DNA of 26,597 nt from Pseudomonadota bacterium (GTDB lineage: Bacteria > Bdellovibrionota > FAC87 > UBA2466), in assembly GCA_043718025.1 (NCBI GenBank), contig JAYSWN010000128.1:1-26597 (forward strand), given 5' to 3'. Positions 1-8,957 of this stretch are shown here, one piece after another. The notes beneath the pieces are model-generated. The model was not told the DNA's origin. It saw only the letters and a list, made by a program, of their open reading frames with translations, and searched no databases. Position numbers and translations under genes: made by a program. Position 1 is the first letter of the stretch; the number at the start of each line of letters is the position of its first letter.

Positions 1-305
1 GCCACCCGATCCGCTTCCGTGCCTTCGTGCGAACGAGCGCGCCCCACTACGTCGATCACTTCGGTTTCCAAACAGGGGTACGACACCTTGAGCGCCGCCG
101 TATCGAGACGCGGGATTTCGCCACCACTCAAAAACCAGGCCTCCGCATGCTCGTCCCAAAAACGGTTGCTCGTAGCATCTAGTTTTCGTAGCTCAAACCA
201 GCGCTGGGCAATTACCCACACCGTAGTAATACTAAGGACCAACAACACGATGAGAATCCACTCCGACCCCATCCAATTAAAAACTCTAAACAGTTCATGA
301 ATCAT
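1..305 (-). CDS. MotA/TolQ/ExbB proton channel family protein (AglR-like), 5' part; runs off the window edge
   Basis: Not in the ORF track; translated by hand from ATG at 305 (SD GAGG upstream): MIHELFRVFNWMGSEWILIVLLVLSITTVWVIAQRWFELRKL...; frame open to position 1. The 'GSEWILIVLLVLSI..W..I.QRW' TM segment resembles the TolQ/ExbB N-terminus, and the gene directly follows the AgmX/PglI-like gene. Confidence 0.7.
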   Translation of the reverse strand, partial: MIHELFRVFNWMGSEWILIVLLVLSITTVWVIAQRWFELRKLDATSNRFWDEHAEAWFLSGGEIPRLDTAALKVSYPCLETEVIDVVGRARSHEGTEADRV

Positions 306-316
306 ATTTTCCTCAC

Positions 317-1303
317 TTAATGGATAAAAGCACTCTCGGCGCGAACTACCGTTCCAGAGAGGGCCGCGCGCGCCTTAACCCCCCTCACCAAATCCGCCAC
401 TCCAGCTCGCAACTTCGCTAAACCCTGCTCCGAGTACTTTCCCTTCACCTGAAAGCCCGATAACACCAGGCTTCCCGAAGGCTGTACCGTCATCTCCAAC
501 ACCGCCGTTACCGCCAACGAGGGATCGATCATGAGCGCACTCGAATAAGCACGGCGCATGTCCTCCTGCAAATCCGCTAACGATTTCTTTAATGCAACAC
601 GATCTTTCTCTTCAATGTTGTTGCCCTTCATTGCCACGGTGGTGCTGGTGACCGGCGCCTTAGCGCGAACGTTGCGGCCCAGCGCGCTCTTAATCACGTT
701 GCTGGGCGCAATGGGTTTGTCCGATTTCTGCACCGAGGCTCCGCCGCCCAAAGAAATCCCCGCGACCCCCATCATGCTCTTTAACCGTTCCGCCGCCGTA
801 CCGGTGGTCTCAATCGACTGCTTTGCAAAAGCCGAATAGCTCATGCCCTGAAACGGCCTGGCAATCACCGGGACACTCTCCCCTTGCGCCACCTCTTGTT
901 CGCTAGCCGCTTGCTCCGCCTTTTGTGCCGCCTCGTCCACCGCCGCCGTGGTCAGTACCGCGCTAGCGGCAAGCTTAATGACCACTGCCCCCAGCGCCAC
1001 GTGCAAGAAAACCGAAAAAGCAAAGTAGCGACCGCCACGTTTCCATTCTTTAGTGCGAAACAACGGGGGAAGCGGTTTTTCCGCGTAGTGAATATAAGTG
1101 GTGCCCGACGCCTCAACCCGCACTGAGTCCGTAATCGCTAGCTCAAGCGAAAATTCCGGCGTGGCCGCAAGCAACCCATCCCGAGCCCAGGTGCGCCCAT
1201 CGTGCAGTTTCTTCCAGCGCCAGCCTCTGCGTAGCGCCACCGTCGAATAAAAAGGGGCCGTCACCTTTAAACGGGTGCCCTGTTTTTCAAATTGAGGCGT
1301 CAT
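317..1303 (-). CDS. AgmX/PglI (GltG-like) protein: one TM segment, linker, TonB-C-like C-terminal domain
   Basis: TM segment FAFSVFLHVALGAVVI carries the TonB/TolA-type S-x3-H signature. C-terminal MRRAYSSALMIDPSLAVTAVLEMTVQPSG resembles the AgmX/PglI C-terminal domain. ATGA overlap with the upstream gene. Confidence 0.65.
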   Translation of the reverse strand: MTPQFEKQGTRLKVTAPFYSTVALRRGWRWKKLHDGRTWARDGLLAATPEFSLELAITDSVRVEASGTTYIHYAEKPLPPLFRTKEWKRGGRYFAFSVFLHVALGAVVIKLAASAVLTTAAVDEAAQKAEQAASEQEVAQGESVPVIARPFQGMSYSAFAKQSIETTGTAAERLKSMMGVAGISLGGGASVQKSDKPIAPSNVIKSALGRNVRAKAPVTSTTVAMKGNNIEEKDRVALKKSLADLQEDMRRAYSSALMIDPSLAVTAVLEMTVQPSGSLVLSGFQVKGKYSEQGLAKLRAGVADLVRGVKARAALSGTVVRAESAFIH

Positions 1304-1554
1304 TCGCTCTCCTCATTCTTCGCCTCGGAAGCCGCGGTGTCTGCGAAGGGAACCAACAACTCTTTTTCAATTTCCCTTAACCGGGCATCGGCAATGTTTT
1401 TTGCGGACTGGCCCGATAACTTAAGTGGGTCAACAATCTGAATGTCGGGCCCCCGCTGCTTGGCTTGTACCTGCAGTTTTCCGAGATCCAAAACCTGGGC
1501 GGCAAAAGCCGATTGGGCCCAGAGCACGGCCAAAGTCCACAACGTTGCTTTCAC
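1300..1554 (-). CDS. Small exported protein, GltF/CglF-like
   Basis: Start re-assigned to GTG 1554 (GTGA overlap with the TPR gene stop; SD GGAGG at 1561-1565). Signal peptide ...AQSAFA, then VLDLGKLQVQAKQRGP, resembling the CglF-type 'DF..I.G...P' motif. Lies between TPR and GltG-like genes, as gltF does in Myxococcus. Confidence 0.5.
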   Translation of the reverse strand: MKATLWTLAVLWAQSAFAAQVLDLGKLQVQAKQRGPDIQIVDPLKLSGQSAKNIADARLREIEKELLVPFADTAASEAKNEESE

Positions 1555-3575
1555 GAGTGGCCTCCCGGCTTCAGTGCCGTACACTCATCAAACTTTTGTT
1601 TCACACCCGATACGGCCGCGGCCCAGTCGGCATCACCGTCAGAGCGGCGCTCTGCCTCGTTCGAGGCCTCAAGGCAAAACTCACTTAAAGTGTCGCCGGC
1701 CCACACCACAAACTGCTCGTGGCTCCATTTGCGATTTTTAATCGAACGATTTTCAACCCTCAGCCGGTTCATCAATCCCGAAAGCGCCCGGGCGCCATCC
1801 TTTGATTTAGCGGCGTGTTTAAGTGAATCGGCGGCGCGTTTTTGCGTTGCCAATAAAAACCGCGCATCCTGCGCCATGCGTGATGAGCCCACCGGTTCCT
1901 CTGCAGGCCCACTCACCGCAAGCTGCATCAGGCTACTCAGCTCCGCCGATTTTAATTGCTGTCCCGGCTCAAACTGCGTTTCGGCCGCCGCCGCAAAAAG
2001 GGCCTCTAAAACCTGGCTTTTTGTATTCTTAGGTAGGGCTAGCGACTCATCATCCATTGCCGTCGCCACTACGCCCCACTGCTTCTCTTCCACCGCCAGA
2101 GGAATTAAGGCTTGCGAATATTCTTGGCTCGCCCGCACGGCTTTCATTTTGAGCAAAGTCGCAATCTCGTCTTCCGAACGATCTGTCGCCGGTAATCGTT
2201 GGGTCAGCGCCACCCGTAGGCGAGTGCCGTTCGCGCTAAGGTTAGGTAAGGGGTGGTAAAGGGCCAACAGCTCTTTTGCCGTTTCCCAATTGCTGTCTTC
2301 GATATTGCGTTCCAAAAGCAAGTCGCCCGCCAAGGTCCCTTGAAAGACCTCGCGTTTTGTTTCCACGGTGGCCTTAAAGCTAGGCTCGGATAGCAATGAC
2401 GAAAAGAGGAACAGCAGACTTTCGTCTTCGGCGTTTAAGTGCATACGGCTTTCGGGCCGCTGCAAAACTTCGAGAAAAAACGCGTTCAGCGTCAAGTCGG
2501 TCTTTATCGCCAAAACGCAGGCCTGCGCCATCTCCTTGGCGGGAAGGGCCTTGCGGTCCGTGTGAATGGCCCACTCCACGCCATCGCGGCAGGCAGCGCT
2601 GTTCATTCCCTTTTTTAAATAGAACTGGATGCGTGCGGCTTGAGCGTCACCGGTTAGCGCTAATCGCGGAAAAAATGGAGTGACTAGAACGTGCGACTCT
2701 TTGGCCGAGCAGTCGTTCAACACGGCGGCGTAGGGCACGGCATTGAGTGGTTGGGTGCTGTCGAGTAACGCCAGCCACTCAACGTTACGGCACGCGTATT
2801 TTTGCGGCGCCTGGGCCACCACGTAATCGGCCAAGGCGGCTTTCCACGGAAAGGGCTGCGACGCCTTAACCAACGCCGCCACTTCGTCGGTAGTGTGCAA
2901 GGTTTCGGAGCCGTCAAAAAATCCCTTGATGAAATAAGTGACCGCTTCGGCATTCCAGGCCTGCAGTGCGATCTGGTTGGCCTCGTCGAGATTGCGTTTT
3001 TTATCTTCAGCAAAGGCCTGACCTACACCCGAGATCAGTGGTCCCAGCGCCGGATTTTCATTGTTGAGCTGACGCCCACGGGCGGTGGCCAGCCAGGCGT
3101 GCAAGGCCTCTTTCGGTTGCTTCAAATTCAAATAGGCCCAGCCTAATTTGAGCGTGGCGTAGTCTTTTGCAAAACCGCTGCTCCGTTTTTCAAGTTCGCG
3201 GTAATCGGTGATCGCCGTAGAAAATTTTCCGCGATCGTAAGCATCATCGCCGTGCAGACGCAAAATACGTTGGGCCGCCTCATCACCTAAAATTTTATCG
3301 CGCAATGGATTAGAAACCAAAAAGTCTAGGTACGGCCCCAGGCCCGCGACCAATTTCTTCTCCTGGGCGAAGGTCAGTAAGTAGGCCGCCACGACGCGAT
3401 CCCCTTCAGACTTAGCGTTACGAAAGGCCTGTTCGACGGTGCGCACTTTTTTAACGTCATTCATCGAGCCGCGCATCGCGGCCGAAAGGCCCAACGTGAG
3501 ATCGCTCTCTACCGACGCCAATAAGGCTCGGAAGGCCGTCGAAATGAATAAAATGGTGAACAGCAAGCGGCTCAC
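1551..3575 (-). CDS. Exported tetratricopeptide-repeat protein (GltD/GltE-like), about 674 aa
   Basis: Likely start GTG 3575 (GTGA overlap with upstream stop), giving signal peptide MSRLLFTILFISTAFRALLA. TPR-like segment GDDAYDRGKFSTAITDYRELEK...DYATLKLGWAYLNL; mostly helical. The ORF-track extension to 3920 overlaps the upstream gene. Confidence 0.7.
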   Translation of the reverse strand: MSRLLFTILFISTAFRALLASVESDLTLGLSAAMRGSMNDVKKVRTVEQAFRNAKSEGDRVVAAYLLTFAQEKKLVAGLGPYLDFLVSNPLRDKILGDEAAQRILRLHGDDAYDRGKFSTAITDYRELEKRSSGFAKDYATLKLGWAYLNLKQPKEALHAWLATARGRQLNNENPALGPLISGVGQAFAEDKKRNLDEANQIALQAWNAEAVTYFIKGFFDGSETLHTTDEVAALVKASQPFPWKAALADYVVAQAPQKYACRNVEWLALLDSTQPLNAVPYAAVLNDCSAKESHVLVTPFFPRLALTGDAQAARIQFYLKKGMNSAACRDGVEWAIHTDRKALPAKEMAQACVLAIKTDLTLNAFFLEVLQRPESRMHLNAEDESLLFLFSSLLSEPSFKATVETKREVFQGTLAGDLLLERNIEDSNWETAKELLALYHPLPNLSANGTRLRVALTQRLPATDRSEDEIATLLKMKAVRASQEYSQALIPLAVEEKQWGVVATAMDDESLALPKNTKSQVLEALFAAAAETQFEPGQQLKSAELSSLMQLAVSGPAEEPVGSSRMAQDARFLLATQKRAADSLKHAAKSKDGARALSGLMNRLRVENRSIKNRKWSHEQFVVWAGDTLSEFCLEASNEAERRSDGDADWAAAVSGVKQKFDECTALKPGGHS

Positions 3576-4021
3576 GGTTTGGCCTCGGGTTCGCAGAGGG
3601 GTTCGACGTGGCGGCGCAATCTCTCCGGCGGAAGTTTTAGCCATAGGGCTTTGGCCACCGGCCATCGACGCGGCAATTCCGTTTCGTCGCGCACTAACTG
3701 GGGGGCGGCCGATTCGGGCAGCGTCGTATAAAGGGGCAGTAAAGTTTTTAGGGCTGAAGCTTGGTGGCTGGGCGCGGCGGTTTTTAAAATGCCCCAGGCT
3801 TTGTTCCACTGGCAGTGGCGCATCAGGGCCAGTACTTCGAGTAGCTTCGCGCGATCGCCCTCTGGCGAATCTTTTTGGGTCTCCTGTACGTAGGTGGTCA
3901 GACCAAAAAATTCGTCCCAACGAGACTCTTTATAGTGGCTGCGCATCACGTTGGCCGGGGAATCAACCGCAAAGGTGGCGGTGACCAAATGCAGGGCAAT
4001 GACCAGTGCAGTAAAAGCCAT
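3572..4021 (-). CDS. Exported hypothetical protein (helical), 149 aa
   Basis: ATG 4021 with SD GGTGAGG, 2 nt after the beta-barrel stop. Signal peptide MAFTALVIALHLVTATFA; motifs WDEFFG and LLEVLALMRHCQW. Confidence 0.65.
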   Translation of the reverse strand: MAFTALVIALHLVTATFAVDSPANVMRSHYKESRWDEFFGLTTYVQETQKDSPEGDRAKLLEVLALMRHCQWNKAWGILKTAAPSHQASALKTLLPLYTTLPESAAPQLVRDETELPRRWPVAKALWLKLPPERLRRHVEPLCEPEAKP

Positions 4022-4023
4022 CG

Positions 4024-4650
4024 TTAAAACCTCACCACCGGCCCAATGCGAAAACCGGCGCGCGATTCCCACTCCCGATTTTCGGGGCGATCCACTTCCC
4101 AGCTGGCGGCAAACAAAACGCCCCACTGCGAACCAAATCCTAAAAGCACTTCAAGGCCAGTGCCAACCAACGGACCGGGCGGATAAAGCTCGTGCTTCAC
4201 CACTCCCCCCTTAATGATGAGACTGATACCGGCCGGAACCACCTGCATGCCAAAAAAATTCACCAGCCCCGAAAGCGCCGTAATGCGAGCCACGGCGGTA
4301 GTGCTCCAGTCGGGAGTGGCGGCAACCGCTTGAAAACCAAAGGCCCCCAGCTCCTTTTCCAAAACCGCGGCGCTTTGCCGCTTGGTGGTATAGAACTTTG
4401 AAACCTCGAGGCCGAACGAAAAGTAGGGTGAAGCCAGCCACATTAAGCTGCCGTTTATTGAGTGAACATGAAGGTAGGGGTTAGAAAAATCGTGGCCGCC
4501 AAGCAAGCGGGCTTCGAAGTCGGCCGCTGGAGTCACCGCCGGTTGGGTGGCGTAATAAAGGGCGTCGTCTTCGGGTGCGGCAACGGCGCCGCATGGGGCG
4601 ATAAAAGCTCCAAAAAGTAACGCTAGCAGTAGCCCGTAAGCCTGTTTCAT
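4024..4650 (-). CDS. Outer-membrane beta-barrel protein (GltA/GltB/GltH-like), 208 aa
   Basis: ATG 4650 with SD AAGGA; signal peptide; alternating amphipathic strands (FSFGLEVSKF, WGVLFAASWEV); C-terminal Phe beta-signal GFRIGPVVRF. Confidence 0.7.
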   Translation of the reverse strand: MKQAYGLLLALLFGAFIAPCGAVAAPEDDALYYATQPAVTPAADFEARLLGGHDFSNPYLHVHSINGSLMWLASPYFSFGLEVSKFYTTKRQSAAVLEKELGAFGFQAVAATPDWSTTAVARITALSGLVNFFGMQVVPAGISLIIKGGVVKHELYPPGPLVGTGLEVLLGFGSQWGVLFAASWEVDRPENREWESRAGFRIGPVVRF

Positions 4651-4676
4651 TGCGAGATTGTTCCTTGGCACGCGGA

Positions 4677-4741
4677 AGGGTAGTCACCTTGACGCTTTAT
4701 GTCAATTATTATTGACACGTTGCACTTCTTTTTCCTATGAT
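4677..4741. promoter_or_regulatory. Back-to-back divergent sigma70-like promoters
   Basis: Plus strand: TTGACA 4712-4717, 18 nt, TATGAT 4736-4741. Minus strand: TTGACA 4705-4700, 17 nt, TACCCT 4682-4677. The two -35 boxes form the palindrome TGTCAA-TTATTA-TTGACA. Confidence 0.65.
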
Positions 4742-4792
4742 GTCGCGCCTCAGATCCCCAACGGCTTTAAGCCACGAAAAGGACTCTTGTTT

Positions 4793-7066
4793 GTGAAGAC
4801 GATTTTTTTTGCGGCGCTAATCGTAACTCTCGTAGGCTGCGGCGGCGGTACCTTCACCTTAAATCAGCTTGAGAACACCAAAGGGAAAATTCCGCCGGGG
4901 CCATTGCTCGACAAAATGCACGAGGCCATTCGGGTGGGAAACCTTACCGACGTGACCGAGCGGCTTAACGGCATTGCCGGCCCCGCCGCCGAACGCTTCG
5001 ACTGGGCTAAATTTTGGAGCGAGCTGTCGATGCGCGACTACCGCGAAGCCTTAATCGCCACCCACAAAAAGCAGCTACTCGATTTGCACGCCCTCGATTG
5101 CGAAAGCTACCCGGCGTTTGCCCGCTTCTTATTGTCGGTTTCCAGCGGTACCGAATACGCCGTAGCGTCCGAACGCAAATGCAACACGCGCATTGAGCCC
5201 AGCGTCGCCATCCAGATCGCCAAACGCGAAGAGGCCATTGCCGTAGCACCCGATCGGCTCGATAAGCTCGAGCGCACTCTCAAATTTCTCAAGCTTGAAA
5301 TTTTAGGCGGACAGTACTCCAACGCTTGGATTAGCGAACTGCAGTCCTCCCTCCCCTTCGTGGAGAAGCTCGGCCTTGAGGCCGCCCGCGGCGGAAAGTT
5401 CAGCACTTACCTCGATGTTTTGGTGGCTGGTGAAAAACACGGCCTGATGGCCCTGCCGTTGAACCAGCTCGCCGCCGTGGTCATTACTACTCCGGCGAAT
5501 CGCGAACAGTGGCTTTCCCGCTTCGGTTTTGTGGAAGGGACCCGCCGCTTTCACCACCATCTAGGGTTAAGCCCCAACGGCATGAAAGCGCTCACCCCCG
5601 ACCAACAAGACGAGCTCAACGCGCGCCTCCACCGCGAAATCGAAGCTACCGATCCGGAACGCTTGGCCACCGTTTACTCCACGGCCGCCGCTCTTTCGCG
5701 CTCGGTACACGCGCAAGAAACCGGAACGGGCCGTAAGATCGCCGCCTTCGACAAACTACTTTTGGCCGCCGAAGCAAAGTGGTTTTCAAAAGACCAAGCG
5801 TTCCGCGATGAGAAACTTACCGCCAGTGCGAAAGAGGTAAATGGCACGGCCGCAAGCCACGAGCTCGTGCTTTTTGCCGGACGCACGTCGGCGGCCCATC
5901 CCCTGTGGCCGAGCCACGCCGTAGTGCAGGATGAAATCGATACGATCTTCTCACTTTCCCAAAATTTGGCGTCGACCAAAACTACCGTCGATAAAATGGC
6001 CGCAAAGCGCGCCCTTTGTGATTTTCTGGAAGCGAAAGATATCGGCGCAAAAGAGCTGACCCAGCAACAACTGGCGAACCAACTTGCCGACCACTTGCCG
6101 GCGGGTTGTTACCTCATGGGGCGGGAACCAAATGCCTTCCGCACCGTCGCGCCCAAACCCCTCACCGCCTCTTTTGCGTCGCTCATCGAGTCGAACGATA
6201 CCGACTTCGAAATGATGGCACCGGCCATTCGCCTAGGGGCTATCTACCTGCGTACCACCGAAGGGCCCGCTAAGCGCCTTCCGACGCCCACTCCCCCCAG
6301 CGCCAACGCCGTTGCCGTACCCGTTTTGCTTGGGCTTGAGATTCCGGAAAAGACCGTCCGCCTTAAGAAGGGTTCCCACGCCTTTATCTTTCATCTCACG
6401 CTGAAAAAGGCCGCGGCCGGCGCAGCCGAACCGCAAGCCGCCCTTAGCGGTTTCGACGGGCCCTCGCTCACGCTGCAGGTTGAGAACCCGACCAGAGCGC
6501 CGCTTTTTGTGAGCGTACCGGGAGCGGGCCAAGCCGAATCGCCCGCCCGCCCGGGTGGCCAAGGGGACAAATCCACCGTCGACTTCGAGCAGGTCAATGA
6601 ATGGCTCGACGCTTTAAGTTCACTCGACAAGCTAGAGGTCCTGCGTCCGCTAACCGTTCACTCCGAGGTGGATCTCAATTCACTTGAAGAAATGCTGTCC
6701 ACCGCGATCCAAACCCCAGAAAAAAAGATCAAAGTGTTCACCATTCCCGGGTATCTCCACCAGCTTCCCGCGGCAGAAAAAGCCCAAGTGATCGCAGCCG
6801 GTGAAGCTCACTATGGACGACGGCTAAAACCGGAAGACCTCGACGACTATTACAAAACTGTTTTAGCTCCCGACGCCGCCCAACAGTTAAATTCTTTACT
6901 AGACCAATCGACTGAAAATGGGCTTTATTCGCGGACAGAAGCTTTGCCCGAGTTTAGGGCAAAAGACGTTTACCGCGTGGAAGGGGGGGCCACCGGACCG
7001 AGAAATCTCCAGGGCCCCGAAGGCAAGCCTGGAGCGATTGAGGTCTTGGTAACAAAGAAACCGTAG
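4793..7066 (+). CDS. Large lipoprotein of unknown function with C-terminal Gly/Pro-rich module
   Basis: Start re-assigned to GTG 4793 (SD AAAGGA): MKTIFFAALIVTLVG-C lipobox. Helical N-terminal half; ends GATGPRNLQGPEGKPGAIEV. Confidence 0.75.
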   Translation: MKTIFFAALIVTLVGCGGGTFTLNQLENTKGKIPPGPLLDKMHEAIRVGNLTDVTERLNGIAGPAAERFDWAKFWSELSMRDYREALIATHKKQLLDLHALDCESYPAFARFLLSVSSGTEYAVASERKCNTRIEPSVAIQIAKREEAIAVAPDRLDKLERTLKFLKLEILGGQYSNAWISELQSSLPFVEKLGLEAARGGKFSTYLDVLVAGEKHGLMALPLNQLAAVVITTPANREQWLSRFGFVEGTRRFHHHLGLSPNGMKALTPDQQDELNARLHREIEATDPERLATVYSTAAALSRSVHAQETGTGRKIAAFDKLLLAAEAKWFSKDQAFRDEKLTASAKEVNGTAASHELVLFAGRTSAAHPLWPSHAVVQDEIDTIFSLSQNLASTKTTVDKMAAKRALCDFLEAKDIGAKELTQQQLANQLADHLPAGCYLMGREPNAFRTVAPKPLTASFASLIESNDTDFEMMAPAIRLGAIYLRTTEGPAKRLPTPTPPSANAVAVPVLLGLEIPEKTVRLKKGSHAFIFHLTLKKAAAGAAEPQAALSGFDGPSLTLQVENPTRAPLFVSVPGAGQAESPARPGGQGDKSTVDFEQVNEWLDALSSLDKLEVLRPLTVHSEVDLNSLEEMLSTAIQTPEKKIKVFTIPGYLHQLPAAEKAQVIAAGEAHYGRRLKPEDLDDYYKTVLAPDAAQQLNSLLDQSTENGLYSRTEALPEFRAKDVYRVEGGATGPRNLQGPEGKPGAIEVLVTKKP

Positions 7067-7076
7067 GAAGTGCGTT

Positions 7077-8957
7077 GTGAAAAAACTGCTGATCTCGTTA
7101 GTCGTCATCTCTTTTAACCTCCACGCCATTGAGCCGGTCGATCTAGAAGCCCCGGGTGGAGTTTGGTGGCGCAAGCGCACCCGAATCACGATCGACAAGC
7201 AACTTAACCTAACCAAACCCCTCACCCTTGAAGCCGATGAGATTGTCATCGCCGCTCCCGTCTATACCGAAGGGCTCGCCTTCGATCTTCAAGCGAGAAA
7301 ACTCATCTTTGAAAAAGACGGACGAATTGAAACGTTCTTCAAACCGGCCGCGGAAACGGTGACCACGCCTCCCGCTCATGGGTCGGCGGCAGCAGCCGGA
7401 ACCGGCGAGAGCGGCCCCGGCGCTAATGGTGCCGCCGGCAACGCTGGCTTCGTGGGCAAAGACGGCGAACCTTCTCCTGGCGAATTGGTGGTATTTGGCG
7501 GCGACTTAGTGGGCCGGCCCATCGTGAAAGGTCTCGGCCAAAACGGCGGCATCGGCGGAGCGGGTGGCGTCGGGCAAAAAGGCGGCACCGGCTCGCAAGG
7601 CAAGAAGGCCAATGCCGTATTAATTTTTGGCAACGGCGCCGCTGGCAAAGGCGGTACCGGTGGTGATTTCGGTAAAGGCGGAAACGGGGGAGCCGGTGGA
7701 AAAGGCGGAGCGCAGCCTGCCGTGTCGTTTCTACTCGCCCGCGATTGGCGCAAAGAGGAAACTAAGGACGCAATTGTGGCGGCGCCCGGCAAAGGCGGCG
7801 CCGGGGGCCAGCCCGGAATGCCCGGCGACCCAGGAGAAGGCGGACCCGGTGGTGAGGGCGATGAGGTCAGTTTTCTTTTCTTTTCCGAAAGTGAACCGGG
7901 CGGTCCAGACGGCGATGCCGGAAAGGTGGCCCCCTATAAGCCTGCTTATAAAACTGAAGCCGAAAAGCTCGCCAGCACCAATGGCGATGGCGCCAAAGGG
8001 GCCGACGCCGAAGCCAAAGCAAATTTAACCACGCTGTCGCTAGCCGATCTGGAAGGGGCCCGCTTTAAAGTGACCGCGGCCTGGTTTGAATTTCATTGGT
8101 GGCGTCTCTATGAGCTGATTGCCCGCACTTCCCTCGAGTTGATCACCCCCAAGCAAGAGCAGGACGCAATCTCTCAGCTGCTCCAAGGGGATCTCGATGT
8201 AGCCAATCTCGAAGTCGTAGCTGAGAAGTGGGACAAGGCCTTTGTCGCCCCCATCAGAAGGCGGCTCGCGGTTTACGAACAGACCAACCCCGAACTGTAC
8301 GCGCGCATGAAAAAGATTTTAGACACGGCAGAGCCGTACACCCGCGCATTGCTCGCCGGTAAAAAACGTGGCGCCATCAACGCAGAAGAGGTGAAGACAA
8401 TTCAAGGCTCCGTAGCCGGTGTGGGAAAAGTCCGCGAGGCAAATATCACGTTGGCGGTGGAGTCATGCTCTAGCTACGTAACCAACGTGCTCGAGAACAA
8501 GAACTACGCGTCATACGTAAGTCGGCGCACTCATTACTTTGAAGTGCCGGTCTGCCGAAGCACGGAAGAGTTCTTGGGTAAGGACGGCGTCAAACGCACC
8601 ATCGTGCTCGCCCTCGAAATGATGCCAGACAAAATGCTCGACGGCATTGATGGCCTAAAGGTAGATCGCGAAGTGGCACCCGATCTGCTTAAGGAGAGCG
8701 GTTGGATTCGCGCGCGCGACTTCTTGGCGAACCTGCTCTTTCCCGCCGCCTGGGCGCAAGACCGCAATTTCGAAATTTCCCTGTCGCCGCTTAAGCCTTC
8801 GCTACTGCGGGAAGATCAGATTCGCGAGTTCCATCCCAAAAAGAATCAGTCGACGGTCGCCGGCAGCATTGGCCTGCACCGCGGTTACGTTTACCTGAAA
8901 CGGCCGACGCTCGAAGACCTCGATAGAGTCCTTAACGATTTGGTGCGTACGTTATGA
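7077..8957 (+). CDS. Exported Gly-rich (collagen/PGRS-like) protein
   Basis: Signal peptide MKKLLISLVVISFNLHA; G-x-x and G-G-x triplet runs at about 7380-8010; helical C-terminal half. Confidence 0.8.
   Translation: MKKLLISLVVISFNLHAIEPVDLEAPGGVWWRKRTRITIDKQLNLTKPLTLEADEIVIAAPVYTEGLAFDLQARKLIFEKDGRIETFFKPAAETVTTPPAHGSAAAAGTGESGPGANGAAGNAGFVGKDGEPSPGELVVFGGDLVGRPIVKGLGQNGGIGGAGGVGQKGGTGSQGKKANAVLIFGNGAAGKGGTGGDFGKGGNGGAGGKGGAQPAVSFLLARDWRKEETKDAIVAAPGKGGAGGQPGMPGDPGEGGPGGEGDEVSFLFFSESEPGGPDGDAGKVAPYKPAYKTEAEKLASTNGDGAKGADAEAKANLTTLSLADLEGARFKVTAAWFEFHWWRLYELIARTSLELITPKQEQDAISQLLQGDLDVANLEVVAEKWDKAFVAPIRRRLAVYEQTNPELYARMKKILDTAEPYTRALLAGKKRGAINAEEVKTIQGSVAGVGKVREANITLAVESCSSYVTNVLENKNYASYVSRRTHYFEVPVCRSTEEFLGKDGVKRTIVLALEMMPDKMLDGIDGLKVDREVAPDLLKESGWIRARDFLANLLFPAAWAQDRNFEISLSPLKPSLLREDQIREFHPKKNQSTVAGSIGLHRGYVYLKRPTLEDLDRVLNDLVRTL

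Noticed and set aside
19..300. 93-aa plus-strand ORF
   Set aside because: Antisense shadow of the minus-strand TolQ/ExbB-like gene starting at 305, which has an SD and a recognisable TM motif.
3576..3920. N-terminal 115-aa extension of the TPR ORF
   Set aside because: Overlaps the 3572..4021 gene in another frame; GTG 3575 gives a signal peptide and stop/start coupling.
4658..4792. N-terminal extension of the 802-aa ORF
   Set aside because: Spans the promoter region; GTG 4793 has an SD and yields a proper lipoprotein signal.
7380..8010. GGC-rich repetitive DNA as a tandem repeat or CRISPR array
   Set aside because: Explained by Gly codons; there are no fixed-length repeat-spacer units. No CRISPR array was seen in the window.
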